A DNA stretch of 64,000 nucleotides, from IMG/VR virus record IMGVR_UViG_3300027608_000021, positions 19,150 through 83,149 of that record. One strand, written 5' to 3'. This DNA comes from a virus. The notes under the pieces were generated by a model that saw only the letters and a program-made list of their open reading frames with translations, had not been told where the DNA came from and ran no database searches. The translations under genes were made by a program, and so were the position numbers. How positions within the stretch are numbered: the stretch's first letter is position 1; each line of letters starts with the position of its first letter. This document shows positions 55,239 through 64,000 of the stretch, in pieces.

Positions 55239-55709
55239 ATGAGACATCCAGATTGGTTTTCCAGTCTACCATTTAAGGTGGTATGCGGGAAAGGCATGAC
55301 AAAGGATTATCTCAAGAGGTATAAGCCAGCTCTGCTTATCATGGCGAGGGCGGTCACAGACCATAAAATTTTTTTGCGCCAGGTCAGCCTGCATTACCAC
55401 GCTGACCAGATGTGCCGCGACGCGGGGTTCGCCGAGGACTGGGTTCACAAACTTACCCTCTGCTCCGCCGACATTGACACGGCTCTCCACGAACTAGCAC
55501 ACGTCGCCACCCGATCGGAACACTCCAAGCGGTGGGCGAAGTACCTGTTCCGACTGCATAAGCAGTATATGTCACCGATTCAGTGCCGACGCTGGGACTT
55601 GCGGGTTGCCCGTGACTATCCAGTAGCCGTGCGCTACTATAAGCGGCGATACAAGCGGGACCCAAGCCCGCTTCGCAAGCGACCAAGAAAAGAGACACCA
55701 GATGTCTGA
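55239..55709 (+). CDS. HEXXH metalloprotease-like protein (copy 2)
   Basis: LHELAH; GGGAG RBS; homologue of 1-392. Confidence 0.6.
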   Translation: MRHPDWFSSLPFKVVCGKGMTKDYLKRYKPALLIMARAVTDHKIFLRQVSLHYHADQMCRDAGFAEDWVHKLTLCSADIDTALHELAHVATRSEHSKRWAKYLFRLHKQYMSPIQCRRWDLRVARDYPVAVRYYKRRYKRDPSPLRKRPRKETPDV

Positions 55710-56265
55710 TGAGACGATCGTTTCCAAGACCCAAGGGCAGCTCCGTCGTGGGCGACCCTCTGGGGCAAGAAATAAGCCAAAGCTTGATACCCAGCAGCTC
55801 AACGAGCTCAAGGACAAGGTTGGCAGGTTCCTCCCGCAGGCAGACTGGAACTACCTCGCAGGCGTGCTCGAGGGTACAGATAAGCCAGTTCTTGAGAAAG
55901 ATCTGGACATCTTCCTTACCCTCCAGCTTAAAGCCCTCTTGCCACAACTGGCGCAAGAGATTGAGGGTGGACAGCTGACAAAGGAGGCGACACAGCGCTC
56001 GAGCACTATCAAAGAACTTCTCGCGTTGCGATTCCAGATGGAGAAGCACGAGAAGGGCGAAGATACGCCGAATGCCGTGACGTTTATACAAAATGTCTTT
56101 GAATCACGAGGAATCGACCAAGCTCGGCTCGCAACTCTCGCAGGAGGATTTGGCGGGTCTATTGAAGGTATCGCCCGCCCTCTACCTGGAACTTCTCACG
56201 AAGACCAAGGGGGAGCCGACGAAGCTAGAGCCGTATCAGATCAACTTCCTGAACGATCGGAGTAA
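55702..56265 (+). CDS. Putative terminase small subunit (copy 2)
   Basis: Homologue of 385-942. Confidence 0.65.
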   Translation: MSDETIVSKTQGQLRRGRPSGARNKPKLDTQQLNELKDKVGRFLPQADWNYLAGVLEGTDKPVLEKDLDIFLTLQLKALLPQLAQEIEGGQLTKEATQRSSTIKELLALRFQMEKHEKGEDTPNAVTFIQNVFESRGIDQARLATLAGGFGGSIEGIARPLPGTSHEDQGGADEARAVSDQLPERSE

Positions 56266-57514
56266 GTTCCGTCTTGTCGCTAAGTCGCGTCAGATTGGAT
56301 TCTCCTACATCATTTCAGGAGAGGGTCTGCACCGCGTTGCTACCTCGACTGGCAAGAAGGTTAACTACGTTTCCATCAATCAGAAGGAAGCGTCGGACAA
56401 GATCAACTATGCCAAACAATTCTACTACTCAATCCCTGATAAGTCTGGCTTCAAGTCTGCCGTCTACACGTCTGCAGAGTTTGAGTTCAGCCTTCACGAT
56501 CACCCGAATACTTCATACATGATCAGCCAGCCCGCTTCTGCAGCGGTCCGTGGCGGCGAGAAAGATGTCTACTTCGATGAGTTCGCATTTGTGCGAGACG
56601 CTCGAAAGCTCTACGACGCTGCCATACCTGCGACTACTCGAGGCGATGGTCGGCTGACCGTTGTATCTACACCTCTCGGACAAAGCGGTCTCTTCTTTGA
56701 GATGGCGAACGATCGGTCTCGCTACCCAGAATACTCAGTGCACATTGTGCCCTGGTGGGAATGCTCTATCATGACCATCGATCCAGCCGAGAGCACGGCG
56801 CTTGCGCCAGACTTCGATACCGACCAGCGCGTAAAGCGGTGGGGTACGGATTCGATTAAGTCCATTTACAATAACATGGGTCTCGACGCGTTCCAACAGG
56901 AGTACGAGTGCTCCTTCGCGGATGAGTCGGTCAACTTTTACCCATGGGGTTTGATTGTTAACTGTGTAGATGACGAACTAAACCAGAAAGACTACGACCC
57001 TAATCTCAGTTACGTTATCGGAATTGACATTGCCAAGAAGATCGATAAGACTGTAGTCACTGTGGCTACAATCGACGATGACACTGGCAACATCACTATC
57101 CACAAGACATTTGAGACACAGGATGACTATAGCAAACAAGTTGAGTTTTTCAACAAACTTATTGCAGACATTAAGCCTAACCGAGTTACCATTGACGCTA
57201 CTGGCGTTGGTGGTGTTATTGCGGAGCAGCTAGTTTCTAAGCATGGTGGCATCGTTGAGGCTGTGACCTTTACGAACTCTAACAAGGAACGATGGGCGAC
57301 AACCTTTAAAGGCGATATGCAGATGGGCAAGGTTCGCTTCCCTCGCAAGCGCGAGCTCCTCGCGGAGATCCACGCCATTGAGCGCAAGAAGACCGAGGCT
57401 GGTAACTACCAGTTCAAAGCTCGCTCCGATGGGCACGACGACTATTTCTGGTCGGCGATGCTCGCAATTTACGGTATGGGTCGCAAGGCTCCTGCCATCA
57501 ACTTTGCATGGTGA
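56093..57514 (+). CDS. terL: Terminase large subunit (copy 2)
   Basis: Same motifs as 776-2197. Confidence 0.95.
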   Translation: MSLNHEESTKLGSQLSQEDLAGLLKVSPALYLELLTKTKGEPTKLEPYQINFLNDRSKFRLVAKSRQIGFSYIISGEGLHRVATSTGKKVNYVSINQKEASDKINYAKQFYYSIPDKSGFKSAVYTSAEFEFSLHDHPNTSYMISQPASAAVRGGEKDVYFDEFAFVRDARKLYDAAIPATTRGDGRLTVVSTPLGQSGLFFEMANDRSRYPEYSVHIVPWWECSIMTIDPAESTALAPDFDTDQRVKRWGTDSIKSIYNNMGLDAFQQEYECSFADESVNFYPWGLIVNCVDDELNQKDYDPNLSYVIGIDIAKKIDKTVVTVATIDDDTGNITIHKTFETQDDYSKQVEFFNKLIADIKPNRVTIDATGVGGVIAEQLVSKHGGIVEAVTFTNSNKERWATTFKGDMQMGKVRFPRKRELLAEIHAIERKKTEAGNYQFKARSDGHDDYFWSAMLAIYGMGRKAPAINFAW

Positions 57515-57608
57515 CGGGCTGCTCTCCGAGCATTGCAAGGGCGCAGGGTAACGGTTGAGACGCGTGGTCTCCCCCCGTCCACCAACACATATAGACAGAA
57601 GGTGCAGG

Positions 57609-57818
57609 ATGCCGAATTCGGTGAAGTGCGCGCACTGCGGCTCACTCTTCGGTATCGAAGGTGAGGACGGAGTACTGCGCATCAAGTTTAAGGATCTCTA
57701 TCGAGAGATTGAAGGTCGAGTCAGCGGTCCATGTCGCAAATGCGCAATGACCGTTGTCTGGCCCAATGAGGATGTAATCCTTGTTGCAAAGAAGACCAAG
57801 GAGGAAAGCCGTGGCTAA
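57609..57818 (+). CDS. Com-like zinc-ribbon protein (copy 2)
   Basis: Near-identical to 2315-2524. Confidence 0.6.
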   Translation: MPNSVKCAHCGSLFGIEGEDGVLRIKFKDLYREIEGRVSGPCRKCAMTVVWPNEDVILVAKKTKEESRG

Positions 57819-59079
57819 CATCGAGCGAATCCCCGTAGTCCGTTCACAGACTCCACCTCGGATCGAGGGGAATCAAAACCGCGAGACACCCTTTAAGTCT
57901 CACTCAACTTACACGCGAATGTACAAGCAGCACCCTATTGTCCGTGCTGTTATTGACAAGATTTCGCGCACTGCCGTTGCGACTGGCTATCAGCTGTCCC
58001 CCGTTGATTCAAAGGACGAGCTGAACGAGTCAAACGCCCAGAAGATAGACCTGACTTTTCGTCGGTCAAAGATTATCTCACTTCTGCGCCAGACCTACCA
58101 AGATCTTCTGATCTACGGTGATGCGTTCTGGTATATTCTCCCAGCGCGTGATGGCGTTCCGTTCCGATTCTATCGTATCGCGCCACAGCAGGTAAACCTT
58201 GTCATCGATACTGAGACCCGTGAGGTGATGAGCTACATCACCCGCGATCCAAAGAATGGACGCGAGACTCAGTACGAGCCAGATGAGTTCCTGCACTTCA
58301 AGATCGCGGACCCAGACAACGACTTCTACGGGCTAAGCCCGCTTGAGTCGCTTGGCTCAACCGTCGCGCAAGATCTGTTCGCGCAGACGTACAACGAATC
58401 ATTTTTTGCTAACTCAGCCCAGACAGGCATTGTCTTCAACATGAAGAATGCCTCGAAGGAAGAGGTCGAGCGCAACCGAGAGTTCCTTAAGAAGGAATAC
58501 ACTTCGGCTGCGAACGCACACAAGCCGCTCCTTTTGGAGGGCGATGTGGAAGTCAGCAAGTCCGTTTCCTCACCTGCAGAGATGCAGTTTATCGAGGGTC
58601 GTCGTCAACTGACTATGGAGATCCTTGCGGTCTTCGACCTACCATACACCAAGCTCGGCGGAACCTCTGAAAGCGCAAACCGCTCACAGAGTGCTGAGAA
58701 CGACAAGACCTATCGAACGGAGACAATCTCTCCTTTGCAAGGTATTGTTGAAGAAGTGATTAATGAAAACTTAATCCTGACAACGTTTGGTATTGATGAC
58801 GTGATGTTTGAACATCGTGAAGTTGACACCCGAGACGAAGCGACTCAGATGAAGTTGTACATTGATGCACTAACTCATGGAATCTACGACTTGAACTACA
58901 TTCGTAACCAGCTAGGATTGGCTGCAATTCCGAACGGAAGCGAGCCGTTTATTCAAACCTCGACTGGTATCTTGCCAGTATCTCAGCTTCTTGGTGGAGC
59001 TCCACAGCCAAACACGCCAGCCCCAGCAGAACCTGTTGGAGATGCGACTGACGATGTAGTGGAGGACCCTGATGTCTAA
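57811..59079 (+). CDS. Portal protein (copy 2)
   Basis: Homologue of 2517-3812 with a different C-terminal tail. Confidence 0.93.
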   Translation: MANIERIPVVRSQTPPRIEGNQNRETPFKSHSTYTRMYKQHPIVRAVIDKISRTAVATGYQLSPVDSKDELNESNAQKIDLTFRRSKIISLLRQTYQDLLIYGDAFWYILPARDGVPFRFYRIAPQQVNLVIDTETREVMSYITRDPKNGRETQYEPDEFLHFKIADPDNDFYGLSPLESLGSTVAQDLFAQTYNESFFANSAQTGIVFNMKNASKEEVERNREFLKKEYTSAANAHKPLLLEGDVEVSKSVSSPAEMQFIEGRRQLTMEILAVFDLPYTKLGGTSESANRSQSAENDKTYRTETISPLQGIVEEVINENLILTTFGIDDVMFEHREVDTRDEATQMKLYIDALTHGIYDLNYIRNQLGLAAIPNGSEPFIQTSTGILPVSQLLGGAPQPNTPAPAEPVGDATDDVVEDPDV

Positions 59080-60892
59080 GATCGAACGAGCAGAATCATA
59101 CAGTCCTCCAGAGGGCGTTCGGGCAGCTGCAAAGCGTGCACTGAAGTGGATCGAAGAAGGAAAAGCTGGAAGCGGCTTTACTGACGTAGGTCGAAAACGC
59201 GCAGCAGATCTTGCTCGTGGAGCAGAGATCTCTGTTGCAACACTTGGACGAATGAAATCGTTCTTCGCTCGACACGAAGTTGACAAGAAGGCTACAGGCT
59301 TTAGTTCAGGAGAAGAGGGATACCCCTCTCCTGGTCGAGTTGCTTGGGATGCTTGGGGCGGAGACGCTGGTCAATCGTGGGCTAATAGCACTGTTAAGGA
59401 CGAAAGGTCTGAAGACGATGAGGAAGAGCGTGCAATGGCAGGAGAAGTAAAAGAAGGCGATTTTGTCAGTTGGTATTCACCATCTGGTCTCGCTAGTGGT
59501 CGCGTAGAACATCTAATGCTTGACGGCATTTATGGTCTACCAGACTCAAATTTTGCACTCCCAGCAAGTCCAGAAAACCCAGCACTGGCAATTAGGATTT
59601 ATCAGCCAGCTGGTGAGGGATGGATTGAAACTGAAATGAGCATCGGCAAGAAAATGTCTGATGTCACGAAGATCAATCCTCTTATGAGCATGCGCTCTGA
59701 GGAGCCACAAATGACAACTAACAACTGGAAAATCACTATCCCAGTCGATCGTGCCGAAGAGCAGGATGGCGGACTGTTCCTCTATGGACAGGCATCAGGT
59801 CCCGAGCGAGATTCTCATGGGACTGAGATGGACCCCACTGCGATTCAAGACTTCGCGGATCAGATTGTATCTCGCACAAACGATGGTGATCCACTACCTT
59901 ACCTAGACCATCACATGAAAGATGGTGTCCTCCGCGAACTTGGAGAAGTTGTGGATGGCTCTGTTTCTAGCGACTACAGGTTGAACATCAAAGTTCGCCT
60001 ACACCCAGATAACCCCGCAGCGGCGTATTTGCATAGCCGAATTAAGCGTGGTAAGAAGTATGGGATGTCGATTGCTGGAGATGGTGTCCAGTACCGCATG
60101 GTTGATGACCCCTCCTCTGGAGAAAAGGTTATCCGATTCCTCAAGATTAAGTTGAAGGAAATTAGTAACACGACGCGCCCCTCGTGGGTACCGTCGTTCG
60201 GCACTGTGCTCGCTCGCTCCATCGAGGGCGAGGAGATTGGAGAAAATATGGCAGAAGAGCTCGTTAAGAGCGACGCAACCGAAGTGGTTGAGAACGTCGC
60301 CGCAAATGAGTCTGTGGAACCCGTTGCCGCTCAGGTGACCGAGCAGACCGAAGCCCCCGTTGTTGAAGCACCCGTTGCTGACGCTGCACCTGCAGCTGAA
60401 TCAGCTCCCGTCGTGGAGGCTGCGCCTGTAGAGGCTGCTGCTCCCGCTGAGGAGAACGGTGAAGTCGAGCGTGCACGCATCGCCAAGCGCGATGCTGAGA
60501 AGCTTGTCGAAGCATTCAACGCGTTGAAGGGGCAACTCGAAACGCTCGGGGTATTTGAGCCCGACGCACCACAGGCTGCAGCAGAAGTACCAGTAGCTAA
60601 TACTGAAGATGCTCCTGCAGATGAGAACGTGGACTTTAATGGGGTTTCGGTTCGCCGCGACCTCGCTGAGGCTATTACCGCCTTTGTCACCTCTAAGGTT
60701 GACGAGAGCACGGCAGTCCTCCGTGAGACAGTCGAGAAGCAGGCTGATTACATCAAGAAGCTCGAAGAGCTTCCTGCTGGCAAGTTGCCTGCTGCCGTTG
60801 TCCGCGAAAAGTTTGAGACTGGACTTCCAGACCTCGGCTCAATGAGCAATGAGGATAAGTTGAAGTACGCTCTCGGTAATATCTACAAGTAA
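59072..60892 (+). CDS. Prohead protease/scaffold fusion (copy 2)
   Basis: Homologue of 3796-5625. Confidence 0.8.
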   Translation: MSKIERAESYSPPEGVRAAAKRALKWIEEGKAGSGFTDVGRKRAADLARGAEISVATLGRMKSFFARHEVDKKATGFSSGEEGYPSPGRVAWDAWGGDAGQSWANSTVKDERSEDDEEERAMAGEVKEGDFVSWYSPSGLASGRVEHLMLDGIYGLPDSNFALPASPENPALAIRIYQPAGEGWIETEMSIGKKMSDVTKINPLMSMRSEEPQMTTNNWKITIPVDRAEEQDGGLFLYGQASGPERDSHGTEMDPTAIQDFADQIVSRTNDGDPLPYLDHHMKDGVLRELGEVVDGSVSSDYRLNIKVRLHPDNPAAAYLHSRIKRGKKYGMSIAGDGVQYRMVDDPSSGEKVIRFLKIKLKEISNTTRPSWVPSFGTVLARSIEGEEIGENMAEELVKSDATEVVENVAANESVEPVAAQVTEQTEAPVVEAPVADAAPAAESAPVVEAAPVEAAAPAEENGEVERARIAKRDAEKLVEAFNALKGQLETLGVFEPDAPQAAAEVPVANTEDAPADENVDFNGVSVRRDLAEAITAFVTSKVDESTAVLRETVEKQADYIKKLEELPAGKLPAAVVREKFETGLPDLGSMSNEDKLKYALGNIYK

Positions 60893-60913
60893 TAATAATT
60901 AAGGAGACTTTCA

Positions 60914-61789
60914 ATGGCTGACATTGAGCGAGCTCTTAGCACGTCCGTCGCATCTACTGGTGCATACCTCCTCCCAGAGGTAGTCGATCCAGTAATCCGC
61001 GATTACGTTGCCAAGGCTACACCTGTTCTTAGCGTTGTAACGCGTGTAAACTGGCCTACACAGACCTATTACATCCGCAAGCGAAGCGGGCTTCCTACGG
61101 CTGCATTCAGCACCGATGGTGGTTCACTTCCAAGCGCTTCAAGCTCGACCTACGCTAAGGTCGCAAAGACCGTCAAGTACCTGTACACCCGTGGAGAAGT
61201 CACTGGTCCGCTTATTGCGGCTGCTGGTGGTGTTGTCAACGCGTTGCAGGAAGAGATTCGCGTCCACTCGGGCGTGATTGCTGAGCGACTCGCTACGGCG
61301 ATTTGCACAGGCGACGGAACCGAAGATACCAACTCTGGTATCATCGGCATCAAGCATCAGATCAATACTTCGACCCCTGGCGATGAGGGTGGTACGACGG
61401 ACGCTTCGGCTGCCGCTCTCACCCTTGCCATGTTGGACAAGGCTCTTGACGACACGAAGGGCGAGGCTGACGTTATCATGACGAGCCGCGCAGTTCGACG
61501 CAAGATCAGTGCCCTTCTGCAGGGTCAGCAGCGCTTCCTCGACCGAGTTGAGGTTGGCGCTGGCTTCCGCGTTCTTTCGTACGACGGCGTGCCGATCGTT
61601 ACGGATGACCACTACGAGGAGAACGAGCTTCTCGTCTTCCGACGTGCTGACGCGAAGCTTATCGTGAACCAGGACTTCACGATGGAGATGCTTGCTAAGA
61701 CGAAGGATGCTGAAGACTTCTACATTAAGGGGTACTTCGGCTTCGCTCTTGAGGGTCGCCCTGTGCGCCTCAAGAACTTCACGATCTAA
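60914..61789 (+). CDS. Major capsid protein (copy 2)
   Basis: One amino-acid difference from copy 1 (ENEIL vs ENELL). Confidence 0.9.
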   Translation: MADIERALSTSVASTGAYLLPEVVDPVIRDYVAKATPVLSVVTRVNWPTQTYYIRKRSGLPTAAFSTDGGSLPSASSSTYAKVAKTVKYLYTRGEVTGPLIAAAGGVVNALQEEIRVHSGVIAERLATAICTGDGTEDTNSGIIGIKHQINTSTPGDEGGTTDASAAALTLAMLDKALDDTKGEADVIMTSRAVRRKISALLQGQQRFLDRVEVGAGFRVLSYDGVPIVTDDHYEENELLVFRRADAKLIVNQDFTMEMLAKTKDAEDFYIKGYFGFALEGRPVRLKNFTI

Positions 61790-61865
61790 TTTTTTAGCGT
61801 GAACTAGGTGCTGCTAGGGGGGTGGAGAAATCCATCCCCCTACCACACCCTATAGAAGGAGGCAC

Positions 61866-62105
61866 ATGATGCCAAAGGCTAAGAAAGCTAGTATTGAGTT
61901 CATCACAGAAGATCTCGACAAGAGTGCAACACAGGACCGAGAAGGTTTTGTTAAGATGCTCGCTCCAGAGAACTGGGCAAAAGTAAATTGCCTTGAAACA
62001 TTCTACGACGGCGAGGTCGAAGTAGTGGATGGAGTCGCCTACATTCCAATCGAGAACACCCACTGGGTTAATCGGATGCGAATGAATGGGTACGAAGTAG
62101 CATGA
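61866..62105 (+). CDS. Hypothetical protein (copy 2)
   Basis: Homologue of 6599-6838. Confidence 0.75.
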   Translation: MMPKAKKASIEFITEDLDKSATQDREGFVKMLAPENWAKVNCLETFYDGEVEVVDGVAYIPIENTHWVNRMRMNGYEVA

Positions 62106-63277
62106 AGATCCTCATGCTCGGTGATTCACCGTTTATTAAAACTGGTTTTGGAATCGTCAACTCAGTTGCTGTAGAGCATCTGAAGTCTAGCGGTCACCAG
62201 CTGGTGGTCATTGGAGGTCAAGACACGCAGAAGCGTGATCTTGGCAAAGGGCATTACTACTATCCGATTGAGTCTATGTCTAAAGATTCTCTTGGATGGA
62301 AGAACGTATCTATCACGCTGAAGAAGCACAAGATTGATGCCGTACACATTATTGCAGATCCAGCAACTGTATGTACGTGGCTACTTCGCCGAGATCTGAT
62401 CAAGTTCCCTATTACGGTATATATGCCGATTGAGGGTGCTCCGATGAACTATAACTGGGTTCAGATTCTACATCAAACACCTAACCTAAAAATCATTACA
62501 TGCTCGCAGTACGGAGTTGAAGAACTTAAGCGAAATGGGCTTGAGTCAACAATGGCGTATCACGGAGTATCTGATGACTTTTACCAGTATGAGCCAGAGC
62601 ATCGACGGTTCCTTCGGGAGTCCGTTGGATGGGATGACAAGTTTGTTGTCATGAATGTGGCTCAGAACGTTGAGCGTAAGCAGTGGCCTCGGCTATTCGA
62701 GGCAATCAAGATTGTAGCTTACAAGCACCCGCAAGTGGTGCTCTACGCGCACACCGTGCCGTTTGATAACTACCATCTTGGTGGACACGATCTCCCTCAG
62801 CTTGCTCACCAACTGGACATTGTACAGAACGTGCTATTCTCAGGAAGGCACGCAAAACACAATGACTCAGTTGCTTTAAGCTCTCAAAACTACCCTGGTC
62901 TTGTTGACCTTTACAACATGGCTGACTGCTTTGTTCTACCTTCGCAGGTAGAAGGATTTGGTCTCCCACTTGTTGAGGCAATGGCTTGCGGTCTTCCAGT
63001 CGCTCACACAAACTACGGCGCAGGTGCTGAAGTTGTGGGAGATGCTGGTGCACTCATTGAGCCGAATGACTGGGTAGTGAATAAGAGTCATAGTCGATAC
63101 GGAAATCTCAGCCCAGAGTCGATCGCGGCAGAGATTGAGAAGATGTTCCTTAGCCCGTCACTGCGAGAGCAGATGCGAGAGAAGGGACTGAGCCGTGCAA
63201 AGCACTTCTCATGGGATGGCTACCGAACAGCGTTATGGAGGGCATTCAATGGCGAAAGCTCGACCGTTTACGAATAA
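62102..63277 (+). CDS. GT4 glycosyltransferase (copy 2)
   Basis: EGFGLPLVEAMACG signature. Confidence 0.93.
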   Translation: MKILMLGDSPFIKTGFGIVNSVAVEHLKSSGHQLVVIGGQDTQKRDLGKGHYYYPIESMSKDSLGWKNVSITLKKHKIDAVHIIADPATVCTWLLRRDLIKFPITVYMPIEGAPMNYNWVQILHQTPNLKIITCSQYGVEELKRNGLESTMAYHGVSDDFYQYEPEHRRFLRESVGWDDKFVVMNVAQNVERKQWPRLFEAIKIVAYKHPQVVLYAHTVPFDNYHLGGHDLPQLAHQLDIVQNVLFSGRHAKHNDSVALSSQNYPGLVDLYNMADCFVLPSQVEGFGLPLVEAMACGLPVAHTNYGAGAEVVGDAGALIEPNDWVVNKSHSRYGNLSPESIAAEIEKMFLSPSLREQMREKGLSRAKHFSWDGYRTALWRAFNGESSTVYE

Positions 63278-63452
63278 AACTAATACCAAGTCGCTTGTCC
63301 GTAAGTTTGCGGTCAATAAGCGATTCAGCCTTTCCCTTCGTGGACGACTCCGCTTTAAGCGGCGTAGGTTGCGCTTGATTACTCGAGCACGACTTGCAGC
63401 AATGAAGTTTATTACTGCACCGTTCTCTGGAAAGAAAAAGAAGAAAGTCTAA
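63249..63452 (+). CDS. Very basic small protein (copy 2)
   Basis: Homologue of 7982-8188. Confidence 0.7.
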   Translation: MAKARPFTNKTNTKSLVRKFAVNKRFSLSLRGRLRFKRRRLRLITRARLAAMKFITAPFSGKKKKKV

Positions 63453-63461
63453 GGAGGAATC

Positions 63462-64000
63462 ATGGCGCGACAGTATATTACTGCTACGGAGTTTAAGGAT
63501 AAGCCCCTGGGCATTGCTTTGCGTCAGTATTCTACCGACCAGCTAGAGTCTCTTATCGAGATTGCTACTGAGCAAGTTGAGAGTTTCTGTGAGCGAGTCT
63601 TTCAACAGACAACCTACACAGAGACCTTTGTTGGCGATGGGTCGACAACGTACCTGACGCTTCAGTATCCCTTGATTTCTGTTACGTCTATTACGCAAGT
63701 AACAATTGCAACTACTCCAGTAACGACATCTGTTACGCAGAGTACGCTAGTTCGTACAACTGAGACAGATAAGTTTGGGAAAGTCTTGCTGGGTCCATCT
63801 AGCGAGATTGATACGTTTGCACCAGACTCTAAGTACACTATTGTGTATAGTGCTGGCTACGCAACGCTACCGCCAGCGGTCAAGCACGCTACTGCGCTGT
63901 TCGTCAGCGAGCTAGTAAAGCCTGACTACGGTGGAGCGCAAGATACTACTCCAGAAATTATTCCTATGAGCAGTCAGCAGATTGCGGACTTGCTCAGCAT
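63462..64000 (+). CDS. Head-to-tail adaptor (copy 2, 3'-truncated by window end)
   Basis: AAGGAGG RBS; MARQYITATEFKDKPLG matches 8198-8764. Confidence 0.8.
   Translation, partial: MARQYITATEFKDKPLGIALRQYSTDQLESLIEIATEQVESFCERVFQQTTYTETFVGDGSTTYLTLQYPLISVTSITQVTIATTPVTTSVTQSTLVRTTETDKFGKVLLGPSSEIDTFAPDSKYTIVYSAGYATLPPAVKHATALFVSELVKPDYGGAQDTTPEIIPMSSQQIADLLS

Larger units (their letters stand above)
54901..64000. mobile_element. Second, diverged copy of the same phage type (packaging and head module, truncated by window end)
   Basis: Colinear homologues of every gene in 1-8.7 kb, with many synonymous differences and local indels. Confidence 0.93.

Noticed and set aside
54901-64000. Direct terminal repeat or circular-assembly overlap
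   Set aside because: The second copy differs by many substitutions and indels, whereas terminal repeats are identical.

Overview
The window holds an apparently complete ~55.3 kb siphovirus-type (long non-contractile tail) phage genome (about 1-54,900). The first ~9 kb of a closely related but diverged copy follows it head-to-tail (offset 55,317 bp at the terminase and 55,267 bp at the capsid gene). On the + strand, 1-30.2 kb encodes packaging, head (with an embedded GT4 glycosyltransferase and a very basic small protein), tail, tail fibres (two adaptor + 7-bladed beta-propeller pairs) and lysis. The 30.2-40.6 kb region encodes divergently transcribed DNA-metabolism genes (SSB-like, Cas4-like nuclease, DnaB, dNMP kinase, phosphoesterase, resolvase). 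The 40.6-54.7 kb region is a minus-strand accessory arm. No integrase, DNA polymerase, primase, tRNA or CRISPR array was recognised. The main signal is in the accessory arm. It has 19 copies of a ~30-bp element (minus strand TGTGWAAYR-N4-CGGCTAGAG-RGTAG-GAGG) plus ~18 stand-alone half-sites, and each full copy heads a small transcription unit. Two of these units appear to make highly structured non-coding RNAs rather than proteins. The array ends in a divergent sigma70-family-like gene whose own leader carries TTTCGGC-TATACT in exact register with the element. Comparing the two genome copies also shows a switch of the selected reading frame inside the TerS/TerL overlap and a covarying RNA structure between TerL and a Com-like gene. 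All functional calls are by eye from motifs and synteny; no database searches were run.
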